A stretch of DNA of 64,000 nt from Epithemia pelagica (GCA_946965045.2 OX337237.1:2976001-3040000), one strand, 5' to 3'. Shown: positions 12,055 through 24,270, numbered from the stretch's first letter. Numbers and translations: made by a program. The notes: generated by a model not told the origin, from the letters alone.

Positions 12055-14028
12055 TCATTCATCGTCCAAGTGCGAAACAAAGTTGTTCCGACTATTGTCG
12101 AGTCGCATGATGTGACAGCGGGATTCCACTTGGGAGAATTGCGGACGATACAATAAAGAGGTTCCATTGTGGTTGGACGACGAATCCACCGCAAACGCAT
12201 GTTCCGAGAGGGCCCGTTGGAGCAATTGCAACACATGGGGAATGGAGGGTTCCACGACGGAAATGCGACGATGGACCAACCGTCGCTGGAGTTTGCAATT
12301 GTCGCGGTAATCCTCCAACAATGCTCTGGTACGTGGTTTCATCGATCTCTTCTTCTTCTTGTTGTTGTTGGTGTTGGTGGTATTTGGTATGGTTGTTGGT
12401 GTTGTTGCTGGTTCTATCATTGTCGCGGTCGTAGTATTCCGGTGATCGTTGCTGTTGTTGTCGTGTTGTGGTTGTTGCTGGACCAAAATGGGAAAATATC
12501 CATAATGTCGAATGTGCGCCGAGTTGGCCAGATACCAAAAACCCCACCAATAATAATGGGGTGGAAAGAGTTCGATCATGGCCGCATTGGGTGGCAAAAA
12601 GACGAGATTGGCCGCGGCCGCTCCATGGACCAAAATCACCACGGATTGGTGCGACCACCAGGTAAATTGTTGGAGGGGTGTCAGTTCTTCCATGACGACC
12701 CGGTCCACCAGGGCGTGCGGATGGGCCGTTTGAATGGCCTGCTCGAGCTCATTTAGGTTGCCAATTCGACGGGTTGTCAAGCGATCCACCAACCCAATGC
12801 GCAACGGAGGACGACGAGGAACAGACGAATCGACCGACTGCTGTTGTTGCTGTTGCTGGTTGTTGCTTGCAGTTTCTCCATCTGATGGGTCGTTGGGAGT
12901 CATGCTGCCAGAGGCCTTGGTTTCATTCTCCGGGACCCAAGCCCCGCGTGGCATGGTACGGTTGTTGTTGTTGTGGTGGTGGTTCCAGTCCACGAGACGA
13001 TTCCTTAAGGCTTGGGCATGATGAGACTGCCAAAAGTAGTGAAAATTTTGGACCGGCTCCAGGTTGGGTCGAAACGTGTAGTGCATTCGGTTCGTACTGT
13101 TGTGAGGTGGGGATTCCCAGAGAGACGTGTCGTCATTGGCGTAATCGTCGTAATCGTCCTTGTCCTTGCCGTTTTCGTCCTTGTTGTCGTCGTGCGGGTG
13201 CTGCGGGCGCAACGTGGTATTGGCAAAGGGCTGTCGCACATAGACTTGGACAATGGTACAATTCATGACTTGCACCATGAGCGCCGTGCGCCAACTCGTG
13301 TGGACCGATTTGAGTCGACCCATATCGGTCAAGTGAATAATGCAGTTATAGTCTTGTCGTGGTGGCGGTGGTTCTGGATGCCTACTCATGGAAGCCAAAG
13401 AACCACCCAAGGATGCGTCGTTATCCTCCTGGGTCCTTTGCTGCTTGTGCTCTAGCTGCAAGCGTTCTTGTTGCGATTGAAAAAAACTCCAACATTGACT
13501 GAGGGCTTGGAGGGCATGAGGGAAATGGTCAAAGGTGATGGTATTGGATCGATCCAAAAAGCACCAAACGGTCGTCGTTGTCGTTGTGGGAATGGTGGTG
13601 GTCGTTGTCGTTGGTGCGGACCGACTAGTACGACTACTATTACTACTAGAACGGTTGACGGCGAACGATTGGGAATGGTGCTTGGAGTGTTGTTGGGTCG
13701 AGTTCCCAGAATCCCTGCGGCTCCCGTCACTGGCATTCCTGGCGGCTGACGATAACGACGACGATGGCAGTCGTAGTAAATGGCTGTAGGTGGAACTTGT
13801 GGTGGTGGTGGTTGTTGTCGGTGCCGCCGCAGCGGCGGCCAGCCATTGGTCTTCCAGAGAAGTGTCTTGTTGAAAGACAATCAACGTGCTGTAACGCAAT
13901 CGTTTGGCAAAGTCACAAACGACAAAGGCCATTACAAAGACGGCCATGCATACCAAACCAAGCTGCTTTTTGGGTCGTGGATGCCATGGAAGCTTGGGAC
14001 TCCCACGGTTCGCACGAGCCGCAGGCAT
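12055..14028 (-). CDS. GT61 (DUF563) glycosyltransferase copy 4, intact, diverged
   Basis: 657 aa with type II TM anchor, HFPHALQALSQCWSFF, LRIGLVDR, VILVHGAAAANLVFL and IELFPPHYY. Confidence 0.88.
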   Translation of the reverse strand: MPAARANRGSPKLPWHPRPKKQLGLVCMAVFVMAFVVCDFAKRLRYSTLIVFQQDTSLEDQWLAAAAAAPTTTTTTTSSTYSHLLRLPSSSLSSAARNASDGSRRDSGNSTQQHSKHHSQSFAVNRSSSNSSRTSRSAPTTTTTTIPTTTTTTVWCFLDRSNTITFDHFPHALQALSQCWSFFQSQQERLQLEHKQQRTQEDNDASLGGSLASMSRHPEPPPPRQDYNCIIHLTDMGRLKSVHTSWRTALMVQVMNCTIVQVYVRQPFANTTLRPQHPHDDNKDENGKDKDDYDDYANDDTSLWESPPHNSTNRMHYTFRPNLEPVQNFHYFWQSHHAQALRNRLVDWNHHHNNNNRTMPRGAWVPENETKASGSMTPNDPSDGETASNNQQQQQQQSVDSSVPRRPPLRIGLVDRLTTRRIGNLNELEQAIQTAHPHALVDRVVMEELTPLQQFTWWSHQSVVILVHGAAAANLVFLPPNAAMIELFPPHYYWWGFWYLANSAHIRHYGYFPILVQQQPQHDNNSNDHRNTTTATMIEPATTPTTIPNTTNTNNNKKKKRSMKPRTRALLEDYRDNCKLQRRLVHRRISVVEPSIPHVLQLLQRALSEHAFAVDSSSNHNGTSLLYRPQFSQVESRCHIMRLDNSRNNFVSHLDDE

Positions 14029-14844
14029 TGTCTACTACACGACCCTTTCCTGGGTGTTGGTGACTCGTGTCGTTCTTGTGGCAAGACGATATTAGAGGAT
14101 GACCAATGGTTGGTCGTTCAATGGCGGGTCCACGTTGGATCCGGTTTGGCTGTCGTTTGGGTGCTGCTGCTGGTTCAATCACACACCGAGATTCTCTCGT
14201 TCATCCACTACTTTGAATACTAGTAGAACGAGCCATCCAATCGTCGTAGACCACCATGCTCATGGTTCGTCTCCCGGAACTTGTGTTTTTTGGAAAAAAG
14301 GATGAATACTATTGGGCCTTTTTGGACTCGTAGGGGTAGTTTCGATAGCTGGTAGCGCCAATATATAGTACAAAGTCCAAGAAAATTTTCTATGGGTTCG
14401 ATGACTCGGTTTAGGAGTACATAGCCTCGATATTGTGTACATAGTACTTCCTAGCTAGTAGCTACTCTGGTCTAGCTATATAGTCCTTTAGCTCTCTAGC
14501 TAGAGCTACCGAGAGGAGGACTTTTCGGTGGGAGTAGACGCAGTTCCATCATTGCATTCCACAAACCAATTCCAGTCTCGATAGTATTCGCTTGTGAGTT
14601 TGGACTCGAGTCATTGAGGAACGGTCCACTGGCGGCGGCATTGTGTCCGTACACACACAAGTGACATGAGAATGGGACCGTGTGGGTGCGGGGGACTGCA
14701 AGATCCTCGAGAGAACAGACTTGCGCGCGCCAGAGAACAGCAGTTGGGGTGTGGTATAAAAAGTGTTGCAACACACTCTCTTTCTCCCAAACGAATATAG
14801 TAGATGGAACCCTCTCGTGTGTTGGAACCGACCCACGGCCAAAA

Positions 14845-16566
14845 TCACACCCCAGGTGGTGGCGGCGGTGGCACGACCATGAGAGACGAAGAAGCAGCAG
14901 CCACCACAATGGTTTGCACCAGTTGAAAGGTGACCGTGGGACTGTGTCGTACCGTGTGGAACAAGACGTGGGGCAAGACGTGCTGCCAGGACTCCTTTTC
15001 CTCCTCCAGCAGTGAGTACTGTCGCAAACCGCTGCGATTCAAGGACAAGAGAAAGGGAACCGTTTCTGCAATGGAGTTGACTTTGCCGCGGTGACTCGAA
15101 AAATCCTCCTTGAGGTTCCTGTTGTGGCTCTGCTGGCGGAGAGGCACGACTTGTTGTTGCCGGTGTCGTCGTTGTCGTTCTTGTCGTGACTGTGGCACCA
15201 ACAAGGAGGAGGAGGAGACTAGAGAGACACTGGTGAGCGTTGTATTGGATTCCTCCAACACGCACGACAGTGTTTGCAACAAGCGTTGTCGAATCCAAGG
15301 TGTATGGGTGAGGCTTTTGGTGGTGGTCCTGGTCTCGTCGTGTCGTGGCAAATTCGTGGCAGTTTCAGTTTCCTGCTCGTCATCATCAACCACTACCCGA
15401 CACGAGTCCAAGTCCAAACACGTCACCGTGCGATTGTACCGCAAAGCGTGCAACAGCAGCAGACAATCGGCAATGCCATGGACAAAGGTACTGGAGGACA
15501 AGTCCAATTTCTTTAGCTGATGGTGGTTGGATGTCGTCGTCGTAGTAGGAGTCGGAGAGGACAAGTCGGTGGCGGCCACTGCTCCTCCTCCCATGGAGAG
15601 ACCTTGCGCAATGAGTTGACACTGGGAATGCGTCAAGGGGACATGGATCAGATTCAATTGTTGCAATCGTGCCATCCACGAGGGAAACAACCAGAGGTTG
15701 TGGTTGTCATTGTTGAGAGGAGGCGAGACGACTCTAGTAGTAGTGTTGGATGGATCGGTCGAAGGAGCATCCGTTCGGCGGGTCATGTTGGTGGTCCGAT
15801 CCAGCATGTCCGGCCGCAGCCATATGGAGCTGGAGTCGGTTCGGCTCCGGGAAAAGGACACGGTTTTCAAGGCCGACAATTCGGTGAGTGCCTTCCAAAA
15901 GAGTACAGAGGGAGAAGCACAAGAAGACGAATTGAGAGGACGTGTCGTGTGGGTGGGTCGAACCGATGCAGGGTCCCATCCATTCCACAAACAGGACGGC
16001 AAGGGTTCCCACGTCAAGTGTTGCAAGCATTGCAGAGACGCGAGGGCCGTGACCAAGCGCACCAAATCTTGGTTGTGGTGGTGGTCGTCGTTTGAGGTTG
16101 CTGATTCGCCGTCGAATGATTCACCCAGGAGGATGATGCGTACATGCCACAGAGACAGGGTATGCAAGGTGGTCCGACAGCTGGTCAAGAGGGTGGACAA
16201 GGATGCGAGGGGTACCGTGTGGGGAGACACGCAATGCGCATGCCATTCGAACCGGTGCAATCGACAGATACCCTGTTGGACGGACTGTGCCGTTTGTTGG
16301 AATTGCCGCCGCAATTCGTGTGAGTCATGGTCGGTAAACCGGGAATAGACAATCAAGGCATGTTCATCGTCAACATCGTTCTTCCCTGTGGGCTCATTGT
16401 GTGGATTGCAGGGATTGTCCCGAGTGACTCCCAAGTCGGTGAAAGGCAAGAGACAATGTCCACTCGCCAGAGGTTGGTCCCACTCTGGGAGTGTGCTTTC
16501 GGAATACCCCGTCAAGTCAATAATTTCCTCGTGATCATCGTGAACCGTCATGATTGACACACACAA
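14845..16566 (-). CDS. Leucine-rich repeat (RNI-like) protein
   Basis: 573-aa ORF with LxxLxL repeats (LHTLSL, LQHLTW, LQQLNL, LKKLDLSS, LRYNRTVTCLDL, NTTLTSVSL). Confidence 0.65.
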   Translation of the reverse strand: MCVSIMTVHDDHEEIIDLTGYSESTLPEWDQPLASGHCLLPFTDLGVTRDNPCNPHNEPTGKNDVDDEHALIVYSRFTDHDSHELRRQFQQTAQSVQQGICRLHRFEWHAHCVSPHTVPLASLSTLLTSCRTTLHTLSLWHVRIILLGESFDGESATSNDDHHHNQDLVRLVTALASLQCLQHLTWEPLPSCLWNGWDPASVRPTHTTRPLNSSSCASPSVLFWKALTELSALKTVSFSRSRTDSSSIWLRPDMLDRTTNMTRRTDAPSTDPSNTTTRVVSPPLNNDNHNLWLFPSWMARLQQLNLIHVPLTHSQCQLIAQGLSMGGGAVAATDLSSPTPTTTTTSNHHQLKKLDLSSSTFVHGIADCLLLLHALRYNRTVTCLDLDSCRVVVDDDEQETETATNLPRHDETRTTTKSLTHTPWIRQRLLQTLSCVLEESNTTLTSVSLVSSSSLLVPQSRQERQRRHRQQQVVPLRQQSHNRNLKEDFSSHRGKVNSIAETVPFLLSLNRSGLRQYSLLEEEKESWQHVLPHVLFHTVRHSPTVTFQLVQTIVVAAASSSLMVVPPPPPPGV

Positions 16567-17274
16567 AAAAACAACACTGTCGACGTGTCGTCAATCTTTT
16601 GTGGGTGTTGGAATGCCCCTCTTGTTGTTGGTTGGTATGTGTGCAATTCCTGTCGTGACTTCGACCGTACTCTCGCAAACGATTGGCACCAAAGTAGTTG
16701 TTCCCAGATGGACACTCTGTGGTTGCTGCTGTTGCTGTTGTGAACCACTCTTTGAGAGGCGTTTGCTTGCGATTGGTAGTCAATCGGCCGCTCTTTCCTT
16801 GTCTTCAATTCGCCTGTTGTGTGCTGTGATACTCTCGTTCTTTCGTTTTGTTCAATTCCTTGTTTGAAACATTCCACATCGAGGAACCAACCAGACGGCC
16901 TTTTGGTTGCTGTTGTGTTAATATTCACTCACACTATCGTTGTCCTGTCAATTCCCACTACGTTCCTCCTTGCAGTAACAAATCGTCCACAACGGTCCAA
17001 CCGAGTCGTGTGGTTCCCCAAATTTGTGTGCGTGTGGTCCCAAAAATCCATGCCGTCTGGCGCAATGGGGGATTCGACAAGCTTTATATTGTTATTTTAT
17101 TGTAAGAGTACTTATGCGACACAATTGTACGCGCGGCGCGCGGTCCCCGGTCCATTGTTCCAATCAAAAGAGGGGGGGGGCGCCAGTTTTCTGTTGTTGG
17201 GGGTTGGGGATGAATCCTTTTGGTATCCTATATGATGATGCTTGATGAGTGAAGACAAGGGAACCGTCCATGGG

Positions 17275-17370
17275 AATCCTTTGTTGAGTCAACGACAACA
17301 GATGCATCATCAAGAGTGCCTGGACTTGAAGCAATGTCCATCTGCTCGAATGTCGACTCTTCTCTAACTT
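17275..17370 (+). repeat. ~100-150-bp dispersed direct repeat, copy 1 of 3 (others at about 20299-20450 and 20828-20960)
   Basis: ttgttgagtcaacg...gtgcctg(g/a)acttgaa(g/a)caatg(t/c)ccatc is shared by all three copies. Confidence 0.75.
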
Positions 17371-17673
17371 TCTTCATGCTTGAAACCTTGCTAGCCATGA
17401 TAGCTTATTTATCCGACCGATGGAGGAGAACGATCACGGCTCGTTCGGCTCTAGATTTCGGGAGACGCATGCAAGCAGGAAAGAAATCATCATCGTCTAT
17501 ACATTGTTCCAACCAAAAGAGCCTCGAACACACGTGGAACAATAAAGAGGAGCATATTCTTTGCAAACAATGATTGTCGGAGTCATCCTTAGCGGTGGTG
17601 ACAAAGTCGGTGGACCTATCGACGGATCAACCACATTTAATAGAATCCAGACAGTTCCATCTCGACTGATGCC

Positions 17674-19380
17674 TCACGAGTAGCCATCCAAGAGCCATTG
17701 TGGCGGGTCGTCGTCAAAGTGATGGACCAGATTGTCCTTGTTGGGGAAAACGTGTTGAGCCGACCAACACCAGGATACCATTTTAGAAATTTGGGGTACA
17801 TGGGACCACGATGACACGTTCCCGTCACTTTGATTCAGCGGAATAATAGTTTGTTGTTGTTGTTGCTGCTGATAATGTTGCCGATCGGCCACGGTCCGTC
17901 GAAGAAGGACAAGCACATGCGGAATGGATGGGTAATGGACTGGGATGCCGCGATTTTTTTGATCCACAGCCCTACTTCTTCTACAGTTGTATTTGAAATC
18001 TTTGTACATCTTCACGACCAGTGTCTTTCGTTTGGATTGGCCCGTGTTGCCTCTTGTAGCCATTAAGGGAAAGTATCCATAGTAGTGCACATTTAAACTT
18101 TTGGACAAGGCCCAAAAGCCAAATTCGTAGTAACGGGGAGGAAACAGTTCAATAATGGCCGATCCTGCTTTCAAAAACAATAGATTGGTCGAGCCAGCGC
18201 CATGGGGAAGAATGACAACCGATTGTCTAGACCACCATGTAAATTGTTGTAGAGGCGTCATGCCTTCCATATTTGCACGTTCCACAATACAATCCGGGTA
18301 CATTCGGTGTATAGCTTGCTCCAGTTGGTCCATGTTCCCAACTCTCCGAGTTTTTACTCGATTGACCAATCCAATCCGTAGAACAGTTTCATCCATGAGG
18401 ACCATGTTGCTACCTGTGGAATTGGTGGTTTTGTAGGTGTTGGCATCGATAGGGGTGTGATTCGTCGTCACGAGAGGAACAAGATTTGTTTTCCGATAGG
18501 TTTCTGTTTCAAAGAGACGATTCCGCAAGACTTGCCCATGTTGGGGATCCCAAAAGAATCGAAGGAGCGCGGCATCATTACGGTGTGGTCGGAACAAGTA
18601 GTAGGTATGAGTGGCAGTGTTTCGTGACAATTCTGGTTTCCGTTTCGTGTGATTCTTCTCCTTTGGTTGGTTCTGGTGATGTGGACTATCGGCCCGACGC
18701 GTTAGTGATACAACCGTACTATTCTGTGGTAGCTGTGACAGATTGAACAGAGTGTAATCAAATGTACACTGCATAACCTCCACGACCAGGGCCGCTCGCC
18801 AATCACGGTCGACTTTTCCCATACCTGCCAAGCGGTTGAAGTTAATATGATACTCAAACTTGTCCTGGTTCGACTGGTGTTGTGGAGGAAAGGCTGCCTT
18901 GAGCTCTGCTTCCTTGGACTGAAAGAAACTCCAACATTGACTCAGGGCCTGCAGTGTATGTGGAAAATGAAGGAACAAATAAGTCGAAGCCTCGTCCAAA
19001 AAGCACCACAAGGCAATGGTCCTGTTCGGCTGCTGTGGTTCGGCTGCTTGTGGCTCGTTGTTGTGGTATGTCACTGCTGGTATAACTGGATGATTTCCGG
19101 GAACTTGTAACTCCGACTTGTTTGTGTTGCTGATGTCGTAGACATTCGCCCTCCCCCCAAAGTCTGGTGATGCTTCTACTCCTGGTGAAGCTTCTTCTAG
19201 GCTGTCCCAAGCCATGGAAGACGTGGAGAGTTTCAGAAAGAATTGACGAGATGTGACAAAGTTTCCAATAAATGCCACATACATTGTGATAACAACGAGA
19301 TTCCTCCATTGGAAAAGTCGTCTTGAAAGAGACGTCCCATTTGGTTTCGTGAAGAGATTTTGAGACCGCCGCATCATCAT
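17674..19380 (-). CDS. GT61 (DUF563) glycosyltransferase copy 5, intact
   Basis: 568 aa with TM anchor, LRIGLVNR, VILPHGAGSTNLLFL and IELFPP. Closest paralog of copy 2. Confidence 0.9.
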   Translation of the reverse strand: MMMRRSQNLFTKPNGTSLSRRLFQWRNLVVITMYVAFIGNFVTSRQFFLKLSTSSMAWDSLEEASPGVEASPDFGGRANVYDISNTNKSELQVPGNHPVIPAVTYHNNEPQAAEPQQPNRTIALWCFLDEASTYLFLHFPHTLQALSQCWSFFQSKEAELKAAFPPQHQSNQDKFEYHINFNRLAGMGKVDRDWRAALVVEVMQCTFDYTLFNLSQLPQNSTVVSLTRRADSPHHQNQPKEKNHTKRKPELSRNTATHTYYLFRPHRNDAALLRFFWDPQHGQVLRNRLFETETYRKTNLVPLVTTNHTPIDANTYKTTNSTGSNMVLMDETVLRIGLVNRVKTRRVGNMDQLEQAIHRMYPDCIVERANMEGMTPLQQFTWWSRQSVVILPHGAGSTNLLFLKAGSAIIELFPPRYYEFGFWALSKSLNVHYYGYFPLMATRGNTGQSKRKTLVVKMYKDFKYNCRRSRAVDQKNRGIPVHYPSIPHVLVLLRRTVADRQHYQQQQQQQTIIPLNQSDGNVSSWSHVPQISKMVSWCWSAQHVFPNKDNLVHHFDDDPPQWLLDGYS

Positions 19381-21510
19381 GGTTGCATCTTATTATTATT
19401 TATGTGTATTCTTCGTCTTCTGCTTCCATTGACCCATTTAATGTGCGCAAGTCATAGGTCATAGCGCTATGTCGACATCTGGTTGGGAACGAATGTGGCC
19501 GCGTCGTCGGTTGGCCCTCTGCGATTCAAAATTCTCCTCGAATCTGACCTATTATTTTAGAGACATAGCCAGGATAGTTTTTCGTCTCGATTGCGGAGCG
19601 ATCCTACGACACCACATCGTCTATAGATATATAGCTATTGGATGGTTGATACCATCTTTTGGACGAGAGAGGATACCTACTCGGGAGACTATGGTAGTAT
19701 GGTTGGTCAGCACATATAGACTTTCGTTCGGTGGTCTCCACACAACGCCACATGAAACTCTGGTCAGGATTGGAACCAAATGACTCGGTTGCACCCAATT
19801 GCCTGCCTTCGTCTTGTACAGTCAGTCACCACAACATTGTAGTGACGGAGCATCATTGCTGCTGGCTCGAGTAGAGAGTGCTGGCTGGTATTTGTGAGAC
19901 ATCGTGGTGTTGCTTTCCACAAGAAAACCAGTCACTCCTCGTGAATCATTGATCGGCACTGATGGATCCCATCAATCCGGCTTGTTGTGGACGTTATACA
20001 TGGTCGATCTTTTGTTGTAGCCTTTTGATTTCATTTCCCTGTTTCTTGATCTCGTCGTCTAGTTCCCCAATCTTTTTTAGTGTATAAATGTCCGATCCTA
20101 GTTCATCCATCGCGTTTCTGCAAATAGACAGGTTTTCAAGTTATTGTTTTGTGTCATGAAAGACCAAAGAGTTCCAACCTGATCCAACGAATGACGCTAC
20201 TACTTCCAGAACCAAGCTTACCTTCCATGGAACCAAGACGCCATTGCTTGTTGATGGAATCAACTTGCTTGACCGACGCAGTGTTGGCCAAAAAGGCTAA
20301 TCCTTTGTTGAGTCAACGACAATCACGACATCCTCCTCCTCCTTGTTTCTTCCCCCAAAGTATATAAGAAATAAGAACTTTCTTGTCAAGAGAGTGCCTG
20401 AACTTGAAGCAATGTCCATCTCTGTTCGAATGTCGACTCCTCTTACTTCTTCTTTGTCACAGATCATAGGCGTAGGTAGTATACGTAGTTTTCGCTCTTC
20501 GTAGAGTTGGCATGCAAGATGGAGTACCCGACGGTCTTTCGGATGGAGTAGGTCTTTTTGTTCACTCTACTGTAATCTGTACAGGTATAGGTTGTTTGTG
20601 TAGTTGGAATGACCGGGCCTCGCTGCGTGACGTTGTACGAGTAATATTATGTTTTGTCTTTACTCGTGCCCATTGTTTGCGAGGATGAGAGCCAAACAAA
20701 GGGGGGGGGCGACAGTTCTATGTTGGGGATGCATCCAGCACCCAAAATCCCCGCTCCAGAGTAATGGCGCCAGGGCAGTCGGTAGACTTTTCCCTTTTTT
20801 TTCTTTTTTTCTAGGTATGCTAGAAGCCTTTGTGTTGAGTCAACGTCAAGATGCATCATAACCACAACATCCTCCTCCTCCTTGTTTCTTCCCCAAATGT
20901 GTACAACAAAAACTCTCCTCTCAGGCTAGTGCCTGAACTTGAAACAATGCCCATCCGTTCCAATTTGCGTACTCTACCTATAGTAGGGGTAGGATTCCAT
21001 GGCAATGGCGACCAGTAGCTTCGTGTCTATACGGATCGAAGCAACCTCCACATTATTTTGCAGCTCTCTCTCTCTTCTCCATATATATCTAAGAGAGTGC
21101 GCTTTGGGCCCACAGTGTCACAGCTGCAACAGCAGCGACAAGAACTTTTTTTCGACAAGAAAAGAAACACATGCTATGCTCAACACTAATGCGACACATG
21201 GATCGACGCAGGCATACTCCAGCAAGGACGACCTAAATTTGAAAAAGCACAAGAGCCATGGCAAGGAAAACACGGCAAACTTTTTGTATCAGATATCAAA
21301 TCGTTCCTAGTTTTCGTTTTTTACATGTGAGTGAGTTTGGGTGTTGTAGTGCTGTGTGTGTGGCATATGTGTGATGCTGATAGATTGTGTGTGGATGGTG
21401 GTACTGTTCTGTTCCAGGTAAAGTGCGCTAGAGATTTCTCCTTGCCGTCTTGGTAGTGTTGCAGTGTTTTGGTGCGCAACTTGTGCGTCGACAAACGATT
21501 ACCTCTCGAT

Positions 21511-23657
21511 TTACTGCAGATTAAAGGTTTCCATTTTCAAAAGTGCCGCCGCTTCCACTTGCGCCACGGCCAAGATGCGCATACTACACAATTCCTTCAA
21601 ATCTTCCGGTGTTCGACAATTGTCCAAGGCTTGATCGTACAATTCAATCACTTGTCGGGCGGCCGTCAATTCGACGGCCGTTCCCAATTTCAATTGTCCC
21701 AATTGCACATAGGCCGCCATGAATTGCGGATCCACCTCCAAGGCTTGTTCCAACAATCGAATGGCGGCTGGTGCATCGACGGTTTGACCCGGTGCCGTCG
21801 GTGGCGTATTGAGAATGGCCATGGCGGCATTGACATACGGGGTGGGATTTTTGGGTTCCAATTGCATCGCTTTTTCAAACTGTTGCCGCGCCTGTGTCAT
21901 TTCATTTTGCGTAAAGAACAATTCGCCGCGATAGGATTGGACTTCGGACGAATTGGGTTCGACTCGTTCGGCGGCATCCAATTGTTTTTGCGCATTCGTG
22001 GGATCTTGCGTGGCGGCCAAAATGGAAGCCAAGCGCAAGCGTGCCATGACATGATTGGGGTTGTATTGGACACAGCGTTCCAAATCTTTTTTGGCCAATT
22101 CCGGTTTGGCTTGAATCATGTACAAATTGGATCGATGCAAGAGAGCGTCGACGCATTTGGAATCCAGAGTCAAGGCCTGTTCAAACAATTGCATCGCCTT
22201 GCCGTGCATGGTCCCGTCCATACACACACCTGCCAACTTGACCAAAATCAAGGGATTCTCCGGTTCCAATTTCAAACATTCTTGGTAACATTCTGTTGCC
22301 GCATCGAGTCGATATTGCCAATGACGAGCCATACCGGCCCATTCCAACAAGCGGGCGGCACTATTCGTGGCTACGTTGTTGTTGTTCATTATGGTACAGG
22401 CCTCTTCATATTGTTCCAACAAGAGATATCCCTCTTCAAAATCAGCCATGGCTTGTTTGTAATTGCCATGGTACACATGTCGACGTCCCCGTTTCAACAA
22501 CCCCGTGGCCCGTTCGGCAGCAGCTTGGGCCGTCGTCGATCCTTCCGGCACGTCCACGACGGATCCTTCTTGGGCCGCCACGGCCATCCATTTGTGATAG
22601 CCGGTATAGGATTTGAGCAATTGCAAAATGGTATAGGACGAGGGTGGTGGTCGTCCTTGATTGGCATTGTCCTTGAGCATGACCCGTTGCGTATACTTGT
22701 CCACTTCGGCCGGAACGACATGACTGAGGACTTGTTGCATTTTGGATTGGGGGACGGGTGGTGGGGGTGTGGGCAATCCCATGCGTAAATTGGTCCGATT
22801 GGCTTGCATAAACAAGAGTTGCATGGCACAAATTTCCACCAAGGCATCGTACCATCGTTGCAAGGATTCCAAAATGCGCAATTTGCGTGTCCGGGCCTTG
22901 CCATGCGTCGCCTCCAACTCCAAAACGGATCCACAATCGTCCAAGGCCAATTCCGGCATGTTGGCCTTTTCGTACATGGCACTCCGATTGTTGAGCAAGG
23001 TAATCCATTGACGAGATAAAGAAGATGTAATGGTGCTCGTCGAACTAGTAATGCCCGTCGCCAAGGAATCGTCGTGTTCCTGAATCAAATCCAAGGCTTC
23101 GGTAAAGACTTGAGCCGCATCAATAAACTGCAATAACAACAGCAATAACAACAACAAGTGTAGAATTTAAGAAAAATAAACCAAATTCCAAACAAACCGT
23201 GGATTCAACCAGCCTCGAGCGAGTGAGCCAACCATATAAATGTGTGTGTAGTCTCTTGTTTGCTTGTTTTGCTCCTCCCACGTACCATTTTGTTTTTGAA
23301 GAGTGCCTTGCCCTTCTTGTCCAATTCTTCAATCCGAGCATGCAAGGCCTTTTCTTGTTGCTTGACACGTTCATCCTCCTCGTCATTGTCATTACTGTCT
23401 CGTGGTTTGCCCTTGCCTCGATTGCCCACCAAGGGTGTTTGTTCTTCTTCACTAATCATGGGCGGTTGGGACGACCGAGGTGTTATGAGGGATTTGGATT
23501 TGTCGGCGGCCGCCTTCTTCTTTTTGGGATTGTTGCTACTGGGTTCTGGTTGGGATTCAATTTGTTTGAGATACCAGACAATCAGACTGAGACTGGCCAC
23601 GGTGGCCAATCCACCCACGACCCATAATTGAGTGGTCGAGGTCGACGAACGGGCCAT
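21511..23657 (-). CDS. TOM70: TOM70-like mitochondrial outer-membrane TPR receptor; two exons (23657-23286, 23127-21511), about 662 aa
   Basis: N-terminal TM (LWVVGGLATVASLSLIVWYL) and basic linker. A GT..AG intron at 23285-23128 joins KALFKNKM to FIDAAQVFTEAL in frame. Multiple TPR repeats follow (NRSAMYEK, KARTRKLR, QQFEKAMQLEPKNPTPYVN). Confidence 0.75.
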
Positions 23658-24153
23658 GCTGATGATGAGGATTGCCTGTTCTGGGAACGGTTCCAGTTGT
23701 TGTTGTTGGTGGTGTGGAGAATCGAGGTTCGAGAGACACAAACACTCCAAATCGTCCACTCCAACACAGACACGCACACAGACTCTCTCTCTGCTCTCGC
23801 AAGGTGTGTGTGTGTGTGTGGGAGTGTGGTTCAGAATTGGATCTTTTGGACTCCAAAGATCTCTCTCGAATATATTACAAAAGATGGAGCAATCTCACCG
23901 AACAATTGCTGGCTCTCTCTTCTTCTTTTGTTGCGTCAACTGAAAGCAAACTCAATCCGGATCCTTTCCAACGCCAACACTCTCTCTCGGTGGCTCCTCT
24001 CTCGTCTTTATTCGTCAATGAATCGAAAGGAGAGAGCGAGATCATGACTGGAGCGTGAGGATCTGCCGCCGTCCATCATCGAATACGTCACGCAGCGGGG
24101 CCCGGTCATTCCTTGTACACAAACAACCTATACTTTTACAGATTACAGTATTG

Positions 24154-24176
24154 CAATAGCAGCATTTCTGGTTCAT
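24154..24176 (+). repeat. Left terminal inverted repeat
   Basis: 22/23 match to the reverse complement of 28633-28655. Confidence 0.8.
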
Positions 24177-24270
24177 CGAGAGGGGGCCAAAAAGCCTGCC
24201 GACCCCAAAATCCTGGCTTACGCACCGCCATACGCGCTCGCGCGCCTAAGTATCCATAAAAATTCCCCCT

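Noticed and set aside
21469-22788. 439-aa plus-strand ORF
   Set aside because: Antisense shadow of the TOM70-like gene with no motifs. The same applies to 48732-50459, 29018-29827, 37091-37756, 42417-42935 and 58068-58790.
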